A program made the position numbers and the translations under genes. Shown here one piece after another: positions 45,801 through 55,700 of a stretch of DNA of 64,000 nucleotides; the first letter of the stretch is position 1, and every line of letters begins with the position of its first letter. The stretch lies in the sequence record SRR20825006_2619. The stretch is one strand, 5' to 3'. The notes below the pieces were generated by a model that saw only the letters and a program-made list of their open reading frames with translations, was not told where the DNA came from and made no database searches.

Positions 45801-46370
45801 AATGTAGATGGATTGGTTGAAGTACAAGCATCCGTCGGGACCCCAACGAAGTGTGTGAACCAAGTGGTGTGTGTCCTCGGTTCCGAATCCGCTCATCACA
45901 ACGCGTCGTTCATCGGCAACACCATCGTGGTCGGTGTCTTTGAAGTACAGCAGTTCGGTGCTGGCCGCGACGTAGGCGGCGTGGGGCCCGTCGGGGATCA
46001 CACCCGTGGGGATCAATAACCCGTCCGCGAAAACGGTGCTGGATTCGGCGACGCCGTCTTTGTCCAAATCTCGTAGCACGACAATTTGGTCGTTGGGTAT
46101 CTCGCCCGGTTTGACTTGCGGGTACGACTCGCTGCTGGCCACCCACAGTGCCCCCGTGCAGTCGAAGTTCATCTGAATCGGTTTGCGAATCGCGGGATCC
46201 GACGCGAAAAGATTGATCGCCGCTTTGGGATCCAACTTCATCGCCGCCGCTTCCGCGTTCGGATCAGGTTTCGGGATGTCAGTCAGGTCTCGTTGAGCGT
46301 TTGCAACGGGTGCAAAACAGAAGAGACAAACCGCAAAACAAAGCGAAAGAGGGGGGCGCCGGAGATTCAT
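42801..46370 (-). CDS. PVC-type heme-binding CxxCH protein (dehydrogenase-like propeller, HEAT region, cytochrome c)
   Basis: Signal peptide, LFASDP..KPIQM.FD, DTHH..H.LRWGPDG, NPWG, FRP, DWYN..IQHGE, CISCH, GPNL. Confidence 0.9.
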   Translation of the reverse strand: MNLRRPPLSLCFAVCLFCFAPVANAQRDLTDIPKPDPNAEAAAMKLDPKAAINLFASDPAIRKPIQMNFDCTGALWVASSESYPQVKPGEIPNDQIVVLRDLDKDGVAESSTVFADGLLIPTGVIPDGPHAAYVAASTELLYFKDTDHDGVADERRVVMSGFGTEDTHHLVHTLRWGPDGCLYFNQSIYIHSHIDTPDGTKRLDGGGIWRYRPSTGQLDIFCKGFINPWGHIVNRSGESFVTDGAAFDGITHAFPDAVFKTSPGATRWLLGLNPGSPKHCGLEVLSGTHIPPEWQGDLVTNDFRSHRVCRFSVRPNGADYISRQQPELVTTEHVAFRPIDARMAPDGTVLIADWYNPIIQHGEVDFRDPRRDTEHGRIWRLSFPDRPLDPWPDFLAATTSELLGYLEDESLAVRQFARQTLWDHLEDPGFFDTVDQWVNQNGKQLATRTLEAQWLREAAVQPIATAPAMARIQSWKSNPSSVPDNAAAWLRSQFRSANQLTTLNPPVAKQAMADAAKLVGAATEITDLALTLEVIVQCGQLDTEESAVWLHQILSRLLASDQPLSSQNSIDFALWQSIRETAEHWQHGNDTLQEIWQQSPQTLAWAVRAVGNADAAKLLIDRIEWEEISSDEADDQWLQAVGEVATAEQLGGVLNRLLAGNPTHVERRISTLLDATAPRKNVTPANANASVNQWLAKQDTGQLKASTMRWISRATKQWKLQSTEATLLSAIQSRSDAAAEDRQIWINALASLSSPKANQQLMSIAKEGSIADRTAAIDGLVNSRPGAAVPLVLDALTEAELTKAAENWLVSSLSRPDLVKRYAAKMSDMELPSDTARTLLRSVRSAGGNAELEQTIRKSGKLDDATWVLSPELKDRLLKRVQETGSAKRGELVYRRSELQCISCHAIGQGGGLVGPNLVSLGGSSQPDYVLESLLAPSARLKEGYSTRKILTEEGEVISGISIGETDDAIRLRLANGTVREIEIDAILDDAPGKSLMPEGLLDNLTEAELVDLTTFLAALGREPQFTVSTENLVRSLETMNYTPAANSRLNRTSVDTAAQDDPAMTWRALTTMVDGKVRLEELDKFKQHRHTPPTSFIRFDIEVTPVDSDATTTDIQLKLQSKTDVADSGNEWDGIEAWVDGKPMPTWQLKNLPLSRGRHRITLSINRDAVTSNIGIALEGDAIAATQN

Positions 46371-46519
46371 TCTTGGGATTCAATTCTTGACAGAAAATCA
46401 GGATGGGCTCTTCTAGTTTCCACACGAACGCTAACAATCTATCAGGTTTTCGTCCCGAAACTGCCATCCTACGACACTCCATTTGGCGTGCCCCCACCTA
46501 GCGAACCCGTAAGCCCGGA

Positions 46520-47659
46520 ATGACCGCCGCACCCGCCTCCGTTCGACTCTTTCAGACTCACGAGATGGAGGCATTGCGCCGCGATCGTCGTTTGGATCCG
46601 CAGGTGTTTCGGAAACTGCGAAACGATCTGCTGAAGAAGTTTGAATCCGACGAAGCGGTTTTAGAGAAGTATCCGGTGGCTGAGGCGATCGAACTTCACT
46701 CGTTGAAGCTGTATCAACGGATGGATTCTGAGATCGACGGAGCGACCAAGCTGCTATTCGAAACCGAGTCGGGCATGCTGATCGAATCCGTGATCCTTCG
46801 CATCGCGACGGGACGCACGACGTTGTGCGTCTCAAGCCAAATTGGATGTGCCGCCGCGTGTGACTTTTGCGCGACCGGCAAAATGGGAATTGCGAAGAAC
46901 TTGGCAACCGAAGAGATCTTGGACCAAGTCGTTCAAGCCGGGCAAATTCTACGAGGTGAAGACCGACGACTGAGCAACATCGTTTTCATGGGAATGGGCG
47001 AACCGTTGCACAACGAAGTGAACGTGACCGAAGCGATCGAGTTGTTGACGGCGTCCGATCACTTCGCACGCTCGCCGTCGATGGTTTTGGTCTCAACGGT
47101 CGGTGTTCCCGCAGGGATGCTTCGGTTGGCAAAGAGATTCCCAAAACTCAATTTGGCTCTCAGTCTGCATTCCGCTGATCAATCCACTCGCGAAAAGATC
47201 ATTCCGCTGGGCAAGAAGGCATCGCTAACGCAACTACACGACACGATTCACGAGATTCAAGCGATCCAAGATCGTGAGTTCATGATCGAATACTTGATGC
47301 TTCGTGATGTGAATGATTCCGCGAAGGACGCAAATCGGTTGATCGATTGGATTGGCGATCTGCGAGTGCATGTGAACTTGATCCCGTACAACACGATCGA
47401 AGCGTCCCCTCATCTGCACGCGTCACCGCGACCGGTCATCGAATCGTTCGCTGACATCCTGAAGGCATCCGGTTTGAAGACCACGGTGCGATACAGTTTG
47501 GGCAATGACATCGAAGCGGCGTGCGGGCAATTGATTCGCCAGGAAAATCGTCAGCGAGCCATGCTGGCACGGCGGACCGAGTCGAAATCCGACTCACATG
47601 TTGGCTTCCTCGACGTGCGGCAAGTCGTCGATGGTCTCGAGTCCCAGAAGAACAAGTAA
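46520..47659 (+). CDS. rlmN: Dual-specificity RNA methyltransferase RlmN family (radical SAM)
   Basis: CVSSQIGC..ACDFCATG, MGMGEP, SLH, VNLIPYN, DIEAACGQL. Confidence 0.92.
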   Translation: MTAAPASVRLFQTHEMEALRRDRRLDPQVFRKLRNDLLKKFESDEAVLEKYPVAEAIELHSLKLYQRMDSEIDGATKLLFETESGMLIESVILRIATGRTTLCVSSQIGCAAACDFCATGKMGIAKNLATEEILDQVVQAGQILRGEDRRLSNIVFMGMGEPLHNEVNVTEAIELLTASDHFARSPSMVLVSTVGVPAGMLRLAKRFPKLNLALSLHSADQSTREKIIPLGKKASLTQLHDTIHEIQAIQDREFMIEYLMLRDVNDSAKDANRLIDWIGDLRVHVNLIPYNTIEASPHLHASPRPVIESFADILKASGLKTTVRYSLGNDIEAACGQLIRQENRQRAMLARRTESKSDSHVGFLDVRQVVDGLESQKNK

Positions 47660-48475
47660 CCGCTCGGCGGGATAGAACCGGGAAACCAGTTTGTCACTGC
47701 CCTCGCCCGGTTCTCGTTTCACTTCGACGAGTCGGCGACGAACCATTTGATTGAGCAGCGAGCCGCTGTCGCGTCCTCGCAAATCGGTGACTCGGGCTGA
47801 TGTGATGCCGGGTTGGTAAGCGACCAAGGACAGCACTTCGACGGCGGATTGGTTCAGTCGCGTTTCGCGAATTTTGCCGGTGAAAGCGGCGCGAACCGAT
47901 TCCACGTCGGGGGCGACCACCATCCGGTACCCGCCGTCTTGTTCGATAATTCGAATCCCCTGTCGTTCTGCACGATAGGACGCATTGAGTTTGTCGATGA
48001 TGTCAACGACTTCCTCCGGTGAAAAGCCACGCATGATCGAGGCGAGACGAGGTGGTGTCAGAGGCAGGTTCTCTGGGTGGCCGACAAACAAGGCTGCTTC
48101 CACGATGGCTTCGGGAGTGGCGGCTTGTTCGGCGGAGGCCTCTGATTCGGCTGAGCTTTGCGCCGCGACTGCCAGGGCTTCGTCGCTGTCAGGATCTTCT
48201 TCGATAAACTCTTCGGCCGATTCGTTTTCGTTTGGGTTGGGATCCGGTTCGGAGCGCAACAATTCGGCGGGGTCCAGATCCGCCGGTGTTTCGTCACCGC
48301 TTTCCGACATCGCTGCAACTCGGGCGTAGGCGGCTCCGAGTTGTTCCAGCGAGAAACCTTCCTCGTCGTCATCGATTTCGCCTGCGTTCTCAGACAGTTC
48401 GTTTTCCGGTGTTTCGTTTTCAGCGTGCCCGTCTTGGACGTGCTCGTCTTCGGGTGAGTCGGTAGGTTCATTCAT
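47594..48475 (-). CDS. scpB: SMC-Scp complex subunit ScpB with acidic N-terminal extension
   Basis: IVEAALFV, LNASY, GGYRM, LNQSAVEVLSLVAYQP.IT...LRG, LGLETIDDLP. Confidence 0.88.
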   Translation of the reverse strand: MNEPTDSPEDEHVQDGHAENETPENELSENAGEIDDDEEGFSLEQLGAAYARVAAMSESGDETPADLDPAELLRSEPDPNPNENESAEEFIEEDPDSDEALAVAAQSSAESEASAEQAATPEAIVEAALFVGHPENLPLTPPRLASIMRGFSPEEVVDIIDKLNASYRAERQGIRIIEQDGGYRMVVAPDVESVRAAFTGKIRETRLNQSAVEVLSLVAYQPGITSARVTDLRGRDSGSLLNQMVRRRLVEVKREPGEGSDKLVSRFYPAERLLVLLGLETIDDLPHVEEANM

Positions 48476-49064
48476 GGAAGTTCTGTCGCAATTGTTTCAT
48501 GCCTCGGTGCAGCAGTCCCGCGACCGATCCAGTGGTCTTGTCCATTCGCTCGGCGACTTCGGACAGTTTCAATCCTTCGAGGTAATGCATCGCGATCGCG
48601 TCACGCTGGGCCTCGGGCAACGATTCAATCGCATCGGCCAATGAGACCAGCGATTCACCCACCATCGCGTGCTGGCTTGGAGTGCCGACATCTCCGGCTA
48701 GCAAGCCTTCCAGCCGCATGGATGATTGAGCCACCCGCTGTTCCATCGATTGTTCGCGGCGAATGTCGCGTTTGTCGCGGTGCAGATCACGATCCAGGTG
48801 ACACATTTGCCGCACCAGAATCTTCCGCAACCAAGCCCGCCATTCGGCTTCTGTAGTGCCGCGATATTGATCGATGGCCGCAACGGCTTGCATCATTGTT
48901 TGTTGAACGATGTCGGATGCACCCAGTTTGGCTTTGTAGCTCGCTCGCATCTGCATTCGAGCCAACATTCTCAAATACGGCTCGTACCGAGCGATTTCTT
49001 CGGCTCGGGCGGGCGATTCGTGGGGCTCGGTAGGGGTGGGTTCGGAGGGATCGTTGGACGTCAT
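48468..49064 (-). CDS. ECF sigma-70 factor, planctomycete-type
   Basis: YLRMLAR...KLGASDIVQQT...AWLRKIL...KRDIRRE...TPSQ, and region 4 LPEAQRDAI..HYLEGL..SEVAERM. Confidence 0.9.
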   Translation of the reverse strand: MTSNDPSEPTPTEPHESPARAEEIARYEPYLRMLARMQMRASYKAKLGASDIVQQTMMQAVAAIDQYRGTTEAEWRAWLRKILVRQMCHLDRDLHRDKRDIRREQSMEQRVAQSSMRLEGLLAGDVGTPSQHAMVGESLVSLADAIESLPEAQRDAIAMHYLEGLKLSEVAERMDKTTGSVAGLLHRGMKQLRQNFHE

Positions 49065-49191
49065 CGTTGGTTCGATCGGGTTTGTCGCTTCGCGGGTTGC
49101 CAGCGGACCGTTACAGTAGCAGAACTTTCCGGGCGGATTGGAGACGTTCCGGACACATTTCATTGCCTGAAACCGTTTGATTGATCGCCTG

Positions 49192-50277
49192 ATGGCTCGC
49201 GAAGCAATTTACCAACAATCGAATCCAGACCCTGGCGGGGATCCGCCGGAAGACGGTCCTCCGCATGGAAAAAACGCCGCGGATGGTGGCGATGAGCCCG
49301 ATCGCGGTCCTGATCCGGATGTGACCCTGCGCCCACAGCGCATGGCGGAAATGGTCGGTCAGCAGGATGTGATCGAGCGACTGCGAATCGCGATCGACGC
49401 AGCTCAAGTGCGTGGTGAACCTCTGGGGCACATCCTGTTCGATGGACCGCCCGGACTAGGAAAAACCACGTTTGCGACGGTCATTCCTTCGGAAATGAAA
49501 ACGACCGTTCAAATGGCCAATGGTGCCGGGCTGAAAGCACCACGGGATCTGCTGCCGTACCTGACGAACGTCTCGCGAGGATCGGTGTTGTTCATCGACG
49601 AGATTCACCGGGTCCCGAGGGCGATCGAAGAATACCTGTACACGGCGATGGAGGATTTTCGAATCGACATCGTGCTGGGGGAAGGCGTTAACGCGCGAAC
49701 GTTGAATTTGAGTTTGGAACCATTCACGTTGATCGGTGCGACCACGCGAGCGGGGATGTTGACCGCTCCGCTGCGAGATCGATTCCAAATCCGCGAGCAC
49801 TTGGGATGGTACACGCGGAAAGAGTTGGCGGAGATCGTGCTTCGCAACTCGAAGAAGCTGAACATCGAAGTGGACCCAACATCGGCCGGAGTCATTGCGG
49901 ATCGAAGTCGCAGCACACCTCGATTGGCCAACAACCGATTGCTTTGGGTCCGCGACTACGCCCAAAGCAAAACGAAAGGCAATGTGGAAGCGAGTGTCTG
50001 CGAAGCCGCGTTAGATATGATCGGGATCGATCATCTGGGGCTCGACAAGCAAGATCGCAATTACTTGGACACCCTGATGCGAGTATTTCTCGGCGGGCCA
50101 GCCGGGTTGGACGCGATCGCTCACACGATGAACGTCAGCTCGGACACGCTCGAAGACGAAGTCGAGCCGTTTCTGCTAAGAAGCGAGTTGTTGGTTCGAA
50201 CCCGGCGAGGACGCCTGGCAACTCCAAAAGCGTTTGAGCACATGAAGCGGCAAATGCCGGATCGGCCGCTTTCTTAG
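49192..50277 (+). CDS. ruvB: Holliday junction branch migration helicase RuvB
   Basis: LRPQ, GPPGLGKTT, LFIDEIHR, FTLIGATTRAG, PLRDRF, TPRLAN, EPFL, RTRRGR. Confidence 0.97.
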   Translation: MAREAIYQQSNPDPGGDPPEDGPPHGKNAADGGDEPDRGPDPDVTLRPQRMAEMVGQQDVIERLRIAIDAAQVRGEPLGHILFDGPPGLGKTTFATVIPSEMKTTVQMANGAGLKAPRDLLPYLTNVSRGSVLFIDEIHRVPRAIEEYLYTAMEDFRIDIVLGEGVNARTLNLSLEPFTLIGATTRAGMLTAPLRDRFQIREHLGWYTRKELAEIVLRNSKKLNIEVDPTSAGVIADRSRSTPRLANNRLLWVRDYAQSKTKGNVEASVCEAALDMIGIDHLGLDKQDRNYLDTLMRVFLGGPAGLDAIAHTMNVSSDTLEDEVEPFLLRSELLVRTRRGRLATPKAFEHMKRQMPDRPLS

Positions 50278-50416
50278 CGTCGTATGATCTCATGGTCCGA
50301 GAGCAACGAAACTCAGCGAATTCTCGGTGATTTTGCGAGAGATTGCCAAGATGGGGGCTCGTCCAACGAAGAAGGTTTGAGATCACACCGGCCCCTATCA
50401 ATGATTGACAGCAACG

Positions 50417-50971
50417 ATGAATGTCACCGACGAAACCGTTCTTTGGGAAGCGGAATTCAATCCCAAAGTCAAAGTGTATTGGTTGATCAGTGCCGTTCTG
50501 ACCTCGTTGCTGACGATCTTTCTGATCCCGCTGCTGCCATTGATCGCACCGATTGCTTGGTATGTGTCGGGTTTGTATTTGAAGAGCCACCATTGCACGC
50601 TGACCGAGCGAACGCTGAAAGTCAGTCGTGGTGTTTTGGTGCGGCAAGAGAAGACGGTGCCCTTGGACCGGATCACGGACTTGGGTTTGGTTCAAGGACC
50701 GATCATGCGGGCACTGGAGCTGGAAGCCGTCAGCGTGGAGACGGCGGGCCAGTCTGGACCGGGCTCTTTAGTCCGCCTCACTGGCATCCGAAATGGTCGA
50801 GCTTTTCGCGATGCGGTGTTGAAGCAACGCGACATGGTCGCCGGAGGCGAGCCCGCACGTTTGACTGCTACCACCCAGCCCGAGCTGCCACAGGAAGCCA
50901 ACGTTCAAACGACATTGATCGAGATCCGCGACATCCTGAAACGGATCGAAGCTCGATCAACGTCGCTGTAG
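50417..50971 (+). CDS. Bacterial PH domain (bPH_2/YdbS-like) membrane protein
   Basis: Hydrophobic N-terminal hairpin followed by GVLVRQEKTVPLDRITD...QGPIMR...VETAG. Confidence 0.85.
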   Translation: MNVTDETVLWEAEFNPKVKVYWLISAVLTSLLTIFLIPLLPLIAPIAWYVSGLYLKSHHCTLTERTLKVSRGVLVRQEKTVPLDRITDLGLVQGPIMRALELEAVSVETAGQSGPGSLVRLTGIRNGRAFRDAVLKQRDMVAGGEPARLTATTQPELPQEANVQTTLIEIRDILKRIEARSTSL

Positions 50972-50997
50972 GCCCGGTCTCCGTAAGCGAGCTACAG
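50966..50997. repeat. Single REP-like element with GTAG/CTAC ends
   Basis: CTGTAG-GCCCG...GCGAG-CTACAG. It shares CGAGCTACAGGTT exactly with 27049-27061. Confidence 0.5.
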
Positions 50998-51020
50998 GTT
51001 TTGGACGACGAGCTGCGGGT

Positions 51021-52478
51021 TCAATTCTGATCGTCTGGGCCGAGGTGCCAGTCCATTGCGTCCTTCATGATGCTGGCGTTGATTTGAAGCATTTGTTGCT
51101 TCATCGCTTCAACCCGCTCGGGTTGTTCCGCGGCCAGATTCTTTGTTTGGCCGGGATCATCTTTCAAGTTGTACAACTCAAAGTTGTGATACGTGCCATT
51201 CTTGATCGCAGGAATCCATTTTTCTTCGAACAGGTTTTTGTTCGACATCTCGTAATCACGAAAGCCAACGAGCGAATAGTCGCCATCTCGCATCGCAACG
51301 ATGGGTTGTGAGCGTTGTAGATGCCAGAACAAAGGTTGGTGGCGCTCGAAGGAATCGGCGTGCCCGGTCAAAAGCGGCGTAAGGTCGCTGCCGTCCAAGT
51401 GAACCTGGGGTGGTGAGATCTTCAGCAACCCGCAGATCGTGGGCAGCACATCGACCAAACCGGCCGGCTCGTTCGAGACAACTCCCGCGGGGATGTGACC
51501 AGGCCAGTGGAAAATCCCTGGCACGCGAATTCCGCCTTCCCAGTTGGCTCCCTTTCGTCCGCGGAGATTGCCGACACGATCGGTTCGATAGCTGCCATTG
51601 TCCGATGCGTAGACGATCAGTGTGTTTTCGCGAACACCCAACGCATCCAATTTCTCGAGCAGCCGTTTGATTGCTTGGTCGGTGTTGTCGATGGTGCCGG
51701 AATAGACCGCACCTTTGTCGCTCAACTTCCCGTATTTTTGCGTGACCTCATCGGGTGCCGCGATTGGTGCGTGCGGTTCGTGAAACCAAACATTCAAAAA
51801 GAACGGCTGGTCGGGATCCGATTCACGATGGCGGTCCATCCATCGGATGGCTTCATCCGCAACGAGTTGGCAGGAGTAGCCTTCGAGTTGACCGACCGGT
51901 TCACCATTGCGAATGAAGTTGTCCGGGTTGCGGTGGCTGGGTTGAGCATTGTTCCATGTGGCAAACCAATGGTCGAACCCGTGTTGATCGGGGGTCGGTT
52001 TGTCGCGTTCTTCCGTTGGCAGCCCCAAGTGCCATTTGCCAACGTGTGCGGTCGCGTATCCGGCGTCTCGAAGGACTTCCGCCAGCGTGACTTCTCGCAA
52101 ACGCAGGTGCGAGTTTTGAGACTCGTCCTGGATCCAGCTGTAAACACCAGCACGAATGTGATGGCGACCGGTCATCAGCGTGGCACGCGAGGGTGAACAA
52201 ACCGCGCAACCCGAATAGAACTGTTGAAAGCGGGTGCCGCCGGCAGCCAATTGATCAATCGTCGGTGTCTCGACGGGACCGCCGTAGCAGCCCACATCGC
52301 GATACCCCAGGTCATCGGCCAGCAACATAACGACGTTCGGACGAAGTGTCTGAGCGTGTGTTTCGCCAGCGAGCTGACCGAATGTCAGCGTCGGAGTGAT
52401 AAGCAGTAGAACAGTGCACCAAAACTGGTGGGGCGACCGGCGCGGTGATGTTTGAAGATGGGTAGGTTTGCTTGGCAT
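51021..52478 (-). CDS. Cys-type sulfatase (formylglycine-dependent, S1)
   Basis: Signal peptide, PNVVMLLADDLG, CSPSRATLMTGR, GYATAHVGKWHLG, SDNG, EGGIRVP. Confidence 0.95.
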   Translation of the reverse strand: MPSKPTHLQTSPRRSPHQFWCTVLLLITPTLTFGQLAGETHAQTLRPNVVMLLADDLGYRDVGCYGGPVETPTIDQLAAGGTRFQQFYSGCAVCSPSRATLMTGRHHIRAGVYSWIQDESQNSHLRLREVTLAEVLRDAGYATAHVGKWHLGLPTEERDKPTPDQHGFDHWFATWNNAQPSHRNPDNFIRNGEPVGQLEGYSCQLVADEAIRWMDRHRESDPDQPFFLNVWFHEPHAPIAAPDEVTQKYGKLSDKGAVYSGTIDNTDQAIKRLLEKLDALGVRENTLIVYASDNGSYRTDRVGNLRGRKGANWEGGIRVPGIFHWPGHIPAGVVSNEPAGLVDVLPTICGLLKISPPQVHLDGSDLTPLLTGHADSFERHQPLFWHLQRSQPIVAMRDGDYSLVGFRDYEMSNKNLFEEKWIPAIKNGTYHNFELYNLKDDPGQTKNLAAEQPERVEAMKQQMLQINASIMKDAMDWHLGPDDQN

Positions 52479-52703
52479 GGCAATTGGGCGGGCTAGGAGG
52501 AAGGCGGGGACGCGGCAACTTGTGGTGTGCCAAGTGGGGTAGACCGACGCATTTTAAACGAAGTGACCGCGACGCATCGGGCGTTCGTGGAATGGGGACG
52601 TTTGGCGTGCCATGCATGCTTGGGACAAAGCATCCGTATCAGGAGCGAGCACGCAAATGGTTGACGTGAGATGGGTTGGGCGAAATCCAACTGAATTTGG
52701 CTT

Positions 52704-55700
52704 GTGTGTGGGCAATCGGCTTTCGTAGGGTCGCGGCAGGATCGCGCAATTCGTTTTGCGTTGGTCTGTGAAGTCGTTCCTCCCGCATTTCCCGCTCGAG
52801 CTGATACCCGCTTGGCTGATCGGTTCCAACCTTTCGACACATTGCCTCGTCCTTCGCGTGAAACACATTCACCGGAGGCGAGGTTGGCTGCTGCGCCATG
52901 TCGACTGAATCGAACGGCTCTCACCGCTTGGATTGGTGCGGTGATTTGCGTGTTGTTGAGTCTTTCACCGGCGTCAGCCCAACAATCTGTGGAACCTTCG
53001 GTGTACGAAGTCACCGATGTTTCACAGACGTTGCAGTTGTCCGGCGATGTTGTGAATCGTTGGCATCAAGGTGACCGAGAATTCACGCTGGTACGCGGCA
53101 ACGTCGAACTGAAATTCGAAGGCAAGCGATACGAGGCAGCTTCCATCTTCGTCGCGTTGTCCGGCAAGCAAAAAGAATTGACGGCCAGCCTATTGATGGA
53201 TCGCGTGACGTTGGGGCCGGGCCAGACAACCACTCAGCCGATCGTGCGGACCGTCAAATTGGAGTCGGTGCCGATCGTCAGAGCCGAACAGTACCGCGGA
53301 CGCGCCGAAATTTTACCGGCTTGGTGGGCAAAGATGGGCATCCGTCCGGATACACCCAGCCAAGTCGCACCGCCCAACCAACTTGCACAGCCCAGCCAGC
53401 TCGGTTCAGGATCGCCCTCGCCAGATTCTCAGTACATCCAACCCGTTCAGTATCTCGAACCGGTGATGGGCGAACCCAATTTGCCGTCCGGCGGCTTGGT
53501 GCTCGATCCTCCCGTGGTTTCCAACCAGCCACCTCCGGTTCAAAGCTTTCAGCCTCCAGTGATGGAGACGTCCCCTTCTGTGACCACGATGCCAAGCATC
53601 ACAGGTATCGGGGGATCGCCTTTTATCGTCGCAGGTGGAACGAGAGCGATCAGCATCACGTCACGCGGTTCGAATACACCCGCGGATCTGCAATACATCA
53701 ATCGTCCCGGAACAAACGAATCGGTAGCGATTGGTCGTGGCGGGATCACCGTGACCGTCCAAGACGTTTCGGCTCGTTTGCCCAGCGGCGAAATCATGCC
53801 ACTTGGCACGGTGTCATTGTCGGCCAACAGGATCGTCGCCTGGATGCCTCGATTGAGTGATGTCTTTCAAGGGCTCCAGGATTTCAAATCCAACGATGGC
53901 GAGATTTATCTCGAAGGCGACATCGTGTTTCAACAAGGTGACAGGGTCATCTATGCCGAATCGATGTACTACAACGTCACTCGAGAAGTCGGCATGGTGT
54001 TGGATGCGGAGACGATCACAACGATTCCTGAATACGCGGGTACGGTGCGATTGAAAGCGGAGGTGATGCAGCAAATCAATCGCGGCAACTTCACCGCCAT
54101 CGACGCGGCAGTCACCAGCAGCCGAATGGGCGTTCCTCGTTATTGGTTGCAAAGCAATCGTTTGGAACTGACCCAGCGATCCACGGTGCGTGCGGATCCG
54201 ATCACGGGACAACCGATCGCAGACAGCGAACCGATCATCACCAGTGGCGGCAACTTTGTTTATCTGGGCGGTGTGCCCGTGCTGGCTTGGCCGAGGTTCA
54301 CGACGCCGCTTCGAAAGCCGACGTTTTATTTGACCGGTGCGGATGTACGGAACGACGACATCTTTGGCTCACAGGTGTTGTTGGAATGGGATTTGTTTCA
54401 ACTGCTTGGATTTACCAATCCGCCCGACGGCGTCGAAACAATTTTGCTCACTGATTACTTGAGCGAACGCGGTCCCGCCGTGGGGACTCGAACGACTTAC
54501 GCGTTGCCGAGTTTGTTTGGATTCGGCGGACCGGCATCGGGAACTTACGACAGCTACATCATCAAGGACGACGGGTTGGATGTCCTGGGACAAGGTCGTC
54601 GCGATTTGCAACCCGAAGAAACCTACCGAGGACGAGCGACGTTGCAGCATCGACATCACTTGCCCGGCGATTGGGAATTCATCGCCGAGGTGGGCTATTT
54701 GAGCGATCGCAACTTCCTGGAACAGTACTTCGAATCCGAGTGGGATCAGGACGCTGATCATCGGACTGGATTGCGATTCCGCAAGTACGCCGGTTCGCAG
54801 ATGTTGGACATTGCGGCCAACTTCCAGGTCAACGATTTCTTCATGGAAACCGAAGAACTGCCCACGATCGAGCATTACGCTTTGGGTGGATCGATTTTCG
54901 CGGACACACTGACGTGGTCGATGCACAATGAGATCGGATACAAGCATTTGCAGGTCGCTGATGTTCCCGAGGACCCAGTGATTGCGGCGGGCACGTACAC
55001 GCTGCCGGGTGAACTGGACCGCGAAGGTGTGGTGACACGAACACGGCAGGAAATTTCGGCACCGATCAACGCTGGTCCCGTGAAAGTGATTCCGTTTGCA
55101 ATTGGTGAGGCGGCTCACTACGGCGAAGGAGCCAACGGCGACGACGTGACACGGTTGTGGGGCGGCGGCGGTCTGCGTTTGAACTTGCCCATGTCGCGAG
55201 TCGATCCAACGATCCAAAGTTCACTACTGAATATTCGCGGATTGGCTCACAAAATCGATTGGTCGGCAGAGTATTTCTATGCTGACAGCGACACGGACAT
55301 CGATGAGCTGCCCTACTACGATCCGCTGGATGACAACGCTCAGGAAGAGTTTCGACGCGTGTTCACGGGGACGTTGTTCGGGGGCACCCTGCCGCCGGAG
55401 TTTGACCCAAGAAACTATGCGTTCCGTCAGGGGATCCAGCGCAACGTGACCAGTCCCAGCGACACGGTTGCCGACGACCTGCAGCAATTGCGTTTGGGAA
55501 TGAAGCATCGTTTCCAAACAAAACGCGGGTTGCCAGGACGCGAGCGGATTGTCGATCTGTTCCGGTTCGACATGGAAACGATTTTGTATCCTAAGGAAGA
55601 CCGCGACAACTTTGGCGAGACACTTGGCCCAACGATGTTTGACGCTCAGTACAACATTGGCGATCGCTTCACGTTGCTAAGCGATGGCTACATCGACTTC

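Noticed and set aside
46520..47659. Cfr-type antibiotic resistance methyltransferase
   Set aside because: MGMGEP and the surrounding motifs fit housekeeping RlmN, and there is no mobile context.
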